Shown piece by piece: positions 38,497 through 48,000 of a DNA stretch of 52,123 nt. The stretch comes from Coleofasciculus chthonoplastes F2-STO-03 (GTDB lineage: Bacteria; Cyanobacteriota; Cyanobacteriia; Cyanobacteriales; Coleofasciculaceae). The translations under genes and the position numbers were made by a program. The DNA lies in the NCBI GenBank assembly GCA_040222015.1, contig JAVJWO010000016.1:1-52123 (forward strand), written 5' to 3'. The notes beneath the pieces were generated by a model. It worked only from the letters and a program-made list of their open reading frames with translations. It was not told where the DNA came from and made no database searches. The stretch's first letter is position 1, and each line of letters opens with the position of its first letter.

Positions 38497-40380
38497 GTGA
38501 GATTTCGCTGGCTACTGCTACTCTCCAGCTTTTTGAGTGTTTTTCTCTATACCTCAACAGCCGAAGCGCGTCAACTGCTGTTTTGGCGGTTTGACCGCGC
38601 TCAAAACCAGTTGGTATTCACCACCGATCAGGGAGTTCAGCCGAGGGCGCAGCTAATTGCGAATCCCACCCGGCTAGTCATTGATTTGCCCGGAACTCGA
38701 CTGGGACGCCCGACGGTGAATCAACAAGTGGGCGGCGCGATTCAAGAAATCCGAGTCGGACAATTTGAAAACCAAACCACTCGGATTGTGGTGGAATTAG
38801 CCCCAGGTTATACCCTCGACCCCCAACAGGTACAATTTAGAGGACTATCGCCGACGCAGTGGACGGTGAATATCCCTGATCCACAACGGCTATCAAGTTT
38901 ACCCAGTCCGCCTCCCCCAGTCCGAACAGTTAACCCTTCGACTTCGCTCAGGGTTAACGATCGCCAATCTCCTCAACCGAGTTCACCCAGAACGGTGACG
39001 GTGGAAACATCGGCGACACAAGTGGATAGTTTCCAGGTGACTCGGAATGGATTTTTTATCCATACTGATGGTGGAGAACCGGATCAGATTAAGGTAAAGC
39101 GAAGTCGCGATCGCCGCCAGATTGAGATTGAGGTGGAGGGGTTAAACCTCTCCCGGAGTCTGGTTGAGCAAACATTGGACGTGAATCGCTACGGCGTTAG
39201 CCAAATCCAATTCCAAAGGCTGAAAGATTCACCCCCCTTGACTCGGATCACTTTAAATGTTGACCGAGATAGTCCCGATTGGCAGGCATTATACAGTGAT
39301 GTTGGCGGGTTGGTGATTATCCCCAGAGGAAGCTCAGCATCCAGTTTAGAGAGTCGTTCTAATGCTTCGGGTAATGTCTTAGTCTCTTATCCTTCGCGAT
39401 CGCAAACCTCGAATCGACGAGTCACCATCAATCAACAAGCAACAATTCAGTCAGTTGAACTGGGAAACAATCAGACTCAACTATTGATTCAAGCCGATCG
39501 CAGTGTCCAAGCCACCAGTCGTTGGGACGCGGGTGAGAGGGCGTACCAGATTACGATCCCCAATGCCCAATTAGCCGATCAGGTTAAAGGACCTCAACTG
39601 ACTGCCAATAGTCCTTTATCACGAGTATTGCTGCGCCAGCAAGACTCCCGCACCGTGGTAATTTTGGTGCAGCCAAGTCCAGGAACTCAGATTGGTAGCC
39701 TTAATCAAATTAGCGATCGCCTGTTGGCGCTACCCATACAAAAAAAACAAGCCACATTACCGCCCCGTGAATCGATTCCAGTACCGCCGCCAAATCCATC
39801 CCCCGCACCCCCAACCTCATTTCCCACCGTTCCCAATAGTCGGGTGGTGGTGATGGTTGATCCCGGACATGGCGGTAAAGATCCCGGCGCTGTTGGTATT
39901 GGCGGATTACGGGAAAAGGATGTTATTTTACCCATTGCCCAAGAAGTGGCAGCGTTATTAGAAAAGCAGGGTGTGCAAGCCGTATTAACCCGCAATAGCG
40001 ATTATTTCGTTGATTTAGCGCCCCGTGTGACCATGGCAGAGCGAGTCAATGCTAATCTATTTGTCAGCATTCATGCGAATGCCATCAGTCTCAGCCGCCC
40101 AGATGTCAATGGATTGGAAACCTATTATTTCTCCAGTGGGCAACGACTTGCCCAGACGATTCACAATAACATTTTACAGACAGTTCCGGTTCAGAATCGG
40201 GGGGTTCGACGCGCCCGGTTTTATGTGCTGAGAAAAACCTCAATGCCAGCGGTTTTGGTGGAAGTAGGTTTTGTCACCGGTCGAGATGATTCAGCAAAAT
40301 TAAATAATCCGACTCACCGTAGCCAAATGGCACAGGCGATCGCTCGTGGTATCCTTCAGTACATTCAGCAGAATTTTTAG
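38497..40380 (+). CDS. amiC: N-acetylmuramoyl-L-alanine amidase with AMIN domains
   Basis: Signal peptide, AMIN (PTRLVIDLPG), DPGHGG.DPGA, EK, FVSIHAN and PAVLVEVGF. GTG at 38497 follows AGGAG. Confidence 0.92.
   Translation: MRFRWLLLLSSFLSVFLYTSTAEARQLLFWRFDRAQNQLVFTTDQGVQPRAQLIANPTRLVIDLPGTRLGRPTVNQQVGGAIQEIRVGQFENQTTRIVVELAPGYTLDPQQVQFRGLSPTQWTVNIPDPQRLSSLPSPPPPVRTVNPSTSLRVNDRQSPQPSSPRTVTVETSATQVDSFQVTRNGFFIHTDGGEPDQIKVKRSRDRRQIEIEVEGLNLSRSLVEQTLDVNRYGVSQIQFQRLKDSPPLTRITLNVDRDSPDWQALYSDVGGLVIIPRGSSASSLESRSNASGNVLVSYPSRSQTSNRRVTINQQATIQSVELGNNQTQLLIQADRSVQATSRWDAGERAYQITIPNAQLADQVKGPQLTANSPLSRVLLRQQDSRTVVILVQPSPGTQIGSLNQISDRLLALPIQKKQATLPPRESIPVPPPNPSPAPPTSFPTVPNSRVVVMVDPGHGGKDPGAVGIGGLREKDVILPIAQEVAALLEKQGVQAVLTRNSDYFVDLAPRVTMAERVNANLFVSIHANAISLSRPDVNGLETYYFSSGQRLAQTIHNNILQTVPVQNRGVRRARFYVLRKTSMPAVLVEVGFVTGRDDSAKLNNPTHRSQMAQAIARGILQYIQQNF
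38929..38958. repeat. In-frame small dispersed repeat in amiC
   Basis: GTTAACCC-TTCGACTTCGCTCA-GGGTTAAC. The same 14-nt core occurs at 21953-21966. Confidence 0.75.
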
Positions 40381-40471
40381 CACAAGTGTTATCGGGGTTT
40401 TTTATCATCCCCTTTACCAAGTGGGAAAATTCTTTGACGAATGACAAATGACGAATGACAAATGACGACGA

Positions 40472-41335
40472 ATGACAAATGACCCAATTTTGACCTTAAG
40501 GGGAGAAGCACAACACCGTCGTATTGGCGTATTCGACAGTGGTGTTGGGGGACTCACGGTTCTCAGAGAACTCTACCGACAACTTCCCAATGAATCGATT
40601 CTTTACTTTGCCGATACCGCCAGACTCCCCTATGGCACCCGTTCAGCCAGGGAAATCATCCAGTTTGGGCGCGAGATTCTCACTTGGATGGTTGAGCAAG
40701 AGGTGAAAATGGTGGTTCTGGCGTGTAACACCAGTGACGCCTTAGCCCTAGACACGTTACGCCGTGAGTTTCAACTGCCGATTTTGGGATTAATTTTGCC
40801 CGGATCTCGTGCAGCCGTTCAAGTCGGGCGTCGGATTGGCGTGATTGCTACACCCGCGACGGCGGCGAGTAATGCCTATCGACGCGCTTTGTTGGAAGTG
40901 GAACCAACCGTTCAAGTTTGGCAAGTCAGTTGTCCAGAGTTTGTCCCCTTAGTGGAACAAAATCGGTTATATGAACCCTATACCTCAGAAGTGGCTTCGC
41001 AGTATCTGATGCCATTACTTCAGCAGCGAATTGATACCTTAATTTATGGGTGTACCCATTATCCGTTGTTAGCGCCTGTATTGCGACAAATTTTACCCGC
41101 ATCTGTCCAATTAATTGATCCGGCTGAACATGTGGTGGCGGCGGCGGCGCAAGAATTGGATTTAATGGGATTAAAAAATAGTTCACCACCGCTACCGACG
41201 CGATTTTGTGTCAGTGGTTGTCCGCAGCAGTTTGCTAAGTTATCGGTACAGTGGTTGGGGTGTACCCCCGTTGTGGAAAAAACCTATTTGCCAGACGTAT
41301 TCCCTGTATCCATGTCTGTGGAAGCGGTGGAATAA
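40472..41335 (+). CDS. murI: Glutamate racemase
   Basis: IGVFDSGVGGLTV, PYG, LACNT and GCTHYP motifs. Confidence 0.96.
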   Translation: MTNDPILTLRGEAQHRRIGVFDSGVGGLTVLRELYRQLPNESILYFADTARLPYGTRSAREIIQFGREILTWMVEQEVKMVVLACNTSDALALDTLRREFQLPILGLILPGSRAAVQVGRRIGVIATPATAASNAYRRALLEVEPTVQVWQVSCPEFVPLVEQNRLYEPYTSEVASQYLMPLLQQRIDTLIYGCTHYPLLAPVLRQILPASVQLIDPAEHVVAAAAQELDLMGLKNSSPPLPTRFCVSGCPQQFAKLSVQWLGCTPVVEKTYLPDVFPVSMSVEAVE

Positions 41336-42795
41336 ACCAGTAGTGGCGCGGCACACCTTATTTGATAAATTAACCATTAGCCGCAAAACCGTAGGGGCGC
41401 AGGTTGTGCGCCCGATTCAATGGTCAAATCTAGTCCACCATTTTAGAAATAGGTATAATTCTCAACAATCTGGAAAAAAGAGTTCTATCATTAACCGTTA
41501 ACCCAGGGCGGGTTTTGTTGATAGGTTAGCGGTAAATGCCAAAATTAAATCCCTAAACCCGCCCCTACAATTATGTAACGGTTTTATAATAAATAGTTAA
41601 CCTAAGGTGGGTTTTGTCTAGAGATGGATCACCCTGACTAATGACCAATGATCAATGATCATTTTCACCGTTTACGTTTAGTAGCGAATCTGTTAATTCC
41701 TTTGGTATTCGTTCAGCCCTGGACGCGAGAGGGATGCCAGGATTCGCGCCAATTTGCATGATGATTAGTCGCGTAGTGCCAAATCTGCCAGATTTCTTGC
41801 CATTGTTCGGCAGATAGGGATTTACTACTAGAGATACCAAATCGTAAGGTTGGTTGAACTAAAGACACTAACGCATGACGAAGTTGGCTGACCTGCGTTC
41901 TACAAATGTGTGGTTTATTCTACAAGTTTATCATTGTTTATCAGGTGTAATCGGTAGGGGCGAGTCGCTGCATCAATAGGGTGGAAGAGAATTAACGGTT
42001 CTCGACTCGCCCTGGTCTAAATGTTGGCGGAGGGGCGACCCGGGTTAATTTAAGGTTGGGTGTTGTCAATTGTGTGCGGCGGGTCGCCCCTACATACCCT
42101 AAGATAGACAATTGGGGGACGTTTGAATGGGTTTGATTACACAGATACGTTATCATTAATTTACTTGCCAATTTTGTATCGTTGTGTCCACTAAACAATG
42201 CAATCACAGATTTTTAGGGTGTGGGTTGGGATTGATTGAGTTGTGCGATCGCGTCCTTTATCCTGAATTGGGGAGATTAAACTGGCGGTATCTGACGCAG
42301 CACGACTAGATAAAGAAAACTTTTAATATGGACGTTTACGTTTTAATATTCTAAAGCAAAGCGGATTTAGGGCTGCCCGAAAATGTCGCGGCTAAATCCT
42401 GATTTGATCGGGGTTTGAGGATGTAGTATGATGTTATCTTAATCCTGTATTGTGTTTATTTTAGTGCCAATTTTCACCAGTAAACGCTTTAACGCCTCAT
42501 AATGCGTTATTTTTTTCGTTCTCGTGTCGGCAAATTTTAAATACTACAAGCATGTTGCATTACCCAATTGCCTAGACTCATTTTGCAGCAGATTTGACAA
42601 AAAAGCTATTTAATGCATCGAATGCCTGAACAAAAAAAAGACAACCGGTGGAATGGGAATGGCAATATCCACCCGTTAGAAGAAGTGCGATCGCATCAAA
42701 CCGATAAAATGTAATAAGCAGGTCGGTGGAAATACACCCAACACTCCACCAATTCTCTAAGGAGTCCTCAAACCCTTACAAATGACAAATAACAA

Positions 42796-43692
42796 ATGAC
42801 AAATGACCATCTCCAGTTGCCGCCGAAAACAGCATTACTCTTAATCAACCGTAAATCTCGTCACGGACAGGAAAATCTAGTCGAAACCATTCGTCAACTG
42901 AAGGAACTAGGCTTTATTGTACTAGAAGAATTAACCGAAGATCCACTCAAGCTTCCGGACATAATCCGTCACTATCAGCATCAGGTAGACCTGGTAATCA
43001 TTGGTGGTGGTGATGGTACACTTAATGCAGCGATAGAGGGGTTAGTGGATACTCAGTTACCGTTAGGTATTTTACCCTTGGGTACGGCGAATGATTTGGC
43101 GCGGACGTTGAAAATTCCCGTTGATTTACCCCAAGCATGCCAAGTCATTGCTACGGGTCAATATCAGAGAATAGACTTGGGCTTGGTTAATGAGCAATAT
43201 TTTTTTAATGTGGCTAGTTGTGGGTTGAGTGTGGAAATTACTCAGCGCCTCACCAAAGAAGACAAAAGTCGCTGGGGAATTTTAGCGTACCTGTCTATGG
43301 CATTAAAAATGATTTGGCAAGCACGACCATTTCGGGCAGAAATTCGCATCAATGGAGAAGCAATTCGGATAAAGACAATTCAAATTGCTATCGGAAATGG
43401 GCGACATTATGGCGGAGGAATGACCGTATGTTATGATGCCAAAATTGATGATCAACGGCTGGATTTATACAGTTTAGAAATGCGTCATTGGTGGCATATT
43501 TTATTGATACTTCCTGCATTATGGCGGGGACGCCACGCAGATTTACCAGGAGTCCGTACTCTCCAGGGTACGGAATTTGAAATCTATACTCGCAAACCTC
43601 GTTCTATTAATACGGATGGAGAAATTACAACTTCTACGCCAGCCACCTTTCGCGTGATTCCGCAAGTTATATCCGTTGTGGTTCCCAGATAG
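42796..43692 (+). CDS. YegS/DAGK-family lipid kinase
   Basis: GGGDGT, PLGTANDLAR, NGRHYGGG and TDGE motifs. Confidence 0.92.
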   Translation: MTNDHLQLPPKTALLLINRKSRHGQENLVETIRQLKELGFIVLEELTEDPLKLPDIIRHYQHQVDLVIIGGGDGTLNAAIEGLVDTQLPLGILPLGTANDLARTLKIPVDLPQACQVIATGQYQRIDLGLVNEQYFFNVASCGLSVEITQRLTKEDKSRWGILAYLSMALKMIWQARPFRAEIRINGEAIRIKTIQIAIGNGRHYGGGMTVCYDAKIDDQRLDLYSLEMRHWWHILLILPALWRGRHADLPGVRTLQGTEFEIYTRKPRSINTDGEITTSTPATFRVIPQVISVVVPR

Positions 43693-43765
43693 GGATGGGT
43701 GACTGAAAAATTTAGAGACGTAGCCGGGTACATCTCTACACCCCCTATTTCCTGTTCCCTTGCCA

Positions 43766-44866
43766 TTAAAGGACTACTGTAAAGATTGAGCCTTGGGGTT
43801 GGTTGTCTGTGACGAATATTCTCCCATGATGCGCCTCAATTACCATTTTACAAAAGGTTAAACCCAAACCAATTTGAGACACCCCACTGATTAAATCTCC
43901 CACTTCATATTTGTCAAAAATATGGTGTTTTCGTTCTTCACTGACTCCTGGACCTGAATCAATAATCTGAAGCTTGGTTGTGGCGTTGGGGAAATTTGAG
44001 CATACCGACTCATTCAGAGAAGTTACGGCGACAATGACTAAACTTTCTGGGGGAGAGAACTTAATCGCGTTAGAAATTAAATTTTCCAAAACGCGATGAA
44101 ATAAATTTATATCGAGACCAAGAGAAGATGGGTTTTCGGCAAACTTACTTATTAGTCTAATCTTTTTATTCTCTGCAATTGCTTGGAATTGAAAAATTAC
44201 AGCAGCAACCAATTGATTTAAGTCAACAGAAGTCTGATTCAAAACCATTTTGCCAGATTCCATTTTCGCTAACATTAGCAAGTTATCGATCATCGAGTTG
44301 AGTTCGCGACTCGAGTCAGAAATAATTTGCAATCGCTGTAAATCTTTGTCATTGCCTGTACTTTGCAACAGCAAATCGCTACAGAGTAAAATATTAGTCA
44401 GCGGATTTCTTAAATCATGGACGATCATATTCGATAAATCTTCCCGCAGACGTAACGTCGCTTCTAGGGCATCATATTGCTGCTTAATCCGTAACATCGA
44501 TCGCACTCTTGCCCGTAGTTCAATTCCACTGACAGGTTTAGTGATAAAATCATCAGCACCTGCATTTAGCGATCGCGCCAAGTCTTCTTTGGAGTTGAGT
44601 GCCGTTACAATAATCACGGGAACGTGTTTCCAATGGGAATCGGACTTAATCGTGCGACACACTTCAATGCCATTTAACTTTGGCATCATCACATCGAGTA
44701 AAATGACATCCGGTTCGATGGAGTCGAGACGATTTAAGGCTTCTTCGCCACTGGCGGCATAAAATAAGTCATACCCTTCTCGATACAGATGGGCTTCAAT
44801 CACATCAAAGGCATTTGAATCATCATCCACGATTAAGATAGATGTGTTCTGATTTAGGCTAACCAT
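43766..44866 (-). CDS. Hybrid response regulator / histidine kinase (REC-HisKA-HATPase)
   Basis: ILIVDD, LLDVMMP, KP, VHDLRNPL, NAIKF and GLGL. ATG at 44866 preferred. Confidence 0.92.
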   Translation of the reverse strand: MVSLNQNTSILIVDDDSNAFDVIEAHLYREGYDLFYAASGEEALNRLDSIEPDVILLDVMMPKLNGIEVCRTIKSDSHWKHVPVIIVTALNSKEDLARSLNAGADDFITKPVSGIELRARVRSMLRIKQQYDALEATLRLREDLSNMIVHDLRNPLTNILLCSDLLLQSTGNDKDLQRLQIISDSSRELNSMIDNLLMLAKMESGKMVLNQTSVDLNQLVAAVIFQFQAIAENKKIRLISKFAENPSSLGLDINLFHRVLENLISNAIKFSPPESLVIVAVTSLNESVCSNFPNATTKLQIIDSGPGVSEERKHHIFDKYEVGDLISGVSQIGLGLTFCKMVIEAHHGRIFVTDNQPQGSIFTVVL

Positions 44867-45070
44867 AGATTTAAGTAGGTAGGGACAATAAAAGTTAACG
44901 GTTGAGATCGTCATTCGTCATTCGTCATTCGTCATTCGTCATACTCGCGGAGCGCCAAGCAAGCTACGTCATTTGTAAGGGTTTGAGGTCTATTTATATA
45001 ACTTAATATATCTGCCTTGGAGTCTTCTGTCTTTAGATAGGAAAACCCTGAAAAAATGCAGTAGCCAATG

Positions 45071-48000
45071 TTACCGATGCAAATAGTGTTCAATTAGCGC
45101 CACTAACTTTTTCAAGCGAATCGGCTTCGCCATATACTCCGTTGCCCCTGCTGCCAAACATTTTTCCCGATCCCCCGGCATTGCCAACGCCGTCACCGCA
45201 ATAATCGGCATCCGAGGTAAATCACTGTCCGCCCGAATCTGGCGTGTTGATTCTAATCCATCCATTTCTGGCATTTGAATATCCATGAGAATTAAATCCG
45301 GTGTATGCTGTTTAACTTGTTGCACAGCTTCAAGTCCATTCCGGGCTAAAATGACCCGAAACCCTTTACTGTGCAAATAATCCGTCAAGGTGACAATATT
45401 TGCCTCATTATCTTCTGCCAATAAAATTAACGGTAACTGTGCCTCAACCACAGGCGGATGCATCTCCGGCGGTGTGGCAAACAACTGACTCAATACTGAC
45501 TGTAACTGGGGACGAGAAACGGGTTTAAGTAAATAGTCAGACGCCCCTAATTCTAAGGCTTGAGTCGGATCATCGACAACAGAAACCACAACAACGGGAA
45601 TAGATTGAGTTGCGGGATTTGCTTTAAGATGCACCAACACCTCCCAACCGGAAATATGCGGCAGTAAAATATCTAAGATAATCACATCCGGGTTAAACGT
45701 CTGCACCGCATCAATAGTGCCTTCTCCTTGGGGATGAATTAAAATAGTTATGCCTAATTCTCCCAGATACCGGGCAATATGGTTAGCTGAAGCATCTGAA
45801 TCTTCCACCACTAAGGCTTTGTGAATCGGTCGTAATTCTCCAGATATGAGTTTCGGGTGTCTCAGTCTTTCCCCAATACGACTTGGATGGTGCCAGGGAA
45901 GAGTAACCGTAAAGCAACTCCCTTTCCCCACCTCACTGTCTAAGGCAATACTTCCCCCTTGTAATTCCACAATTCGCCGCACTAGCGCTAACCCTAACCC
46001 GGTTCCCGCATAGCGACGAGAGAGACTGCTATCTAATTGTACAAAGGGTTTAAACAGTTTATCCAGGTTTTCTGGGGCAATACCAATCCCCGTATCGGTA
46101 ACACTCAACTGCAACTGTTCACCGTCAGGATCGGTAGTCACTTGCAACGAAATCTTACCACCATCAGGCGTAAATTTTACCGCATTACTTAATAAATTGA
46201 CTAACACTTGGCGGATGCGCCGTTCATCCACTTCAATCTCGCTTAAGCCCGGTGCAATGTGGTAATCGAGTCGAATATTTTTTTGCTGCGCCTGCTGTTT
46301 AATAAAGGTTAAACTCGATTCACACAGACTGTCTACAGAGACAAGGGAAACCGATAGGGACATCTTCCCCGACTCAATTTTAGACAGATCCAGAATATCG
46401 TTAATTAAGTCTAATAAATGCTTGCCACTTTGTTCAATGGTTGCCAATGATTTGTGCTGTTTGGGGGTTAATGAACCATACACCTCTTCCTGGAGTGCTT
46501 CCGCTAACCCCAGAATCGCATTTAACGGAGTTCGCAACTCATGACTCATACTTGCCAGAAACTCATCTTTTAACCGAGTCGCCCTGGCTAATTCCGCATT
46601 CGCTAAACTAATCCGTTCATTACTTTCACATAACTGTTTTTCGGCTTGTTTGCGTTCGGTGATATCATAGACTAAGGCACAAGACCATAACAGATTTTCC
46701 TGGTCATCAAGGACGGGACTGGTGGACATATATGCCCAGATCGTATTACCGGATTTTGTGCGTAATTCAACCTCTTGGCGATGCACCTGATTTTGATTCA
46801 GAGGGATACTCGAAGCGGAAGTGAAACGGTTATCTCCAGGGGGGATAAAATCCGCGATCGCATGTCCTAACATGTCCACCTCGGTATACCCCAACATCCG
46901 CGCCATTGCCTGATTAATGTAAGTCGTATTCCCTTGGGCATCAGTTACCCAGATTCCTTCCTCGGCGAGTTCCACAATTTGGGCATATCGCGTCTCGGTT
47001 TCCCGAATCTGAGATTCTAACTTTTGGTTGAGGCGTTTAATCTCATGTTCCGCCTGCTGACGTTCAGTGATATCATTCAGAAATACAATTACAAAGATGC
47101 CATTTTTAGTTTTAATTGTACTCAGTCCAACTTCAACCGGAAACTCAGTACCATCCCGCCGTTGAGCATATAATTCCTGGGATTTAACCATGGTTCGTTT
47201 ACTGGGATGGGTGAGATAATCTGCCCGATGATGAGTAGGGATGGCGTGATCGGGTTGCGGCATTAAATATTCAATGTTGCGCCCGAATACCTCGGTGCGA
47301 TTATAGCCAAATAACTCTTCAGCTTTGGCATTAAAGACAATTATTTCTCCCTGGGCGTTGGTGACAATAATCGCTTCTGATGCCGATTCTAGGAATGCCC
47401 GAAACTTCGCCTCACTATCCCGCAAGTCCGCTTCTGTCGCTTTGCGATCGCTAATATCTTCGACGACAGCTAGGGCATAGTTGGGTTTGTTTTCTGAATC
47501 ACACACCCGCGAGATGGAAATATAGACCCATCGGTAGTTTCCATCGTGACGGATGTAACGTTTTTCCGTAGCATACGTGGACAGTTTCCCAGACGTTAAC
47601 TGCTGTAAATACTCAATATTTTGTTCCCGATCATCCGGGTGAGTAATATCTTGTACCCGCCGCCCCACTAATTCAGATTCAGGATACCCGGTAATCTCAC
47701 AGTAACGTTGATTCACCCGCAAAAGTTCGCCAGAGGGTGTAGCCAGGGCAATCCCCACCGAGGCTTGTTCAAAGATAGCCCGGAAGCGTTCTTCACTATC
47801 CTGTAATGCCCGTTCTGCTTGTTTGCGTTCGGTAATATCATGAATAATTGAAACCAGAAACGTAAGTCCTTGAATCTCAATCGGACTGGAATAGACTTCC
47901 ACCTCTCGAATCTCTCCCGACGCCAGACGGTGAGGAAAGACAAAATAGGTTCGTTCCTCTAATTTTGCCCGTCTCATCTCCGCCTGAACTTGATCGGGGG

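Noticed and set aside
42180..42780. Long AT-rich intergenic region as an ncRNA or tRNA locus
   Set aside because: Only one modest hairpin (about 42363-42399), with no tRNA or riboswitch motif I can support.
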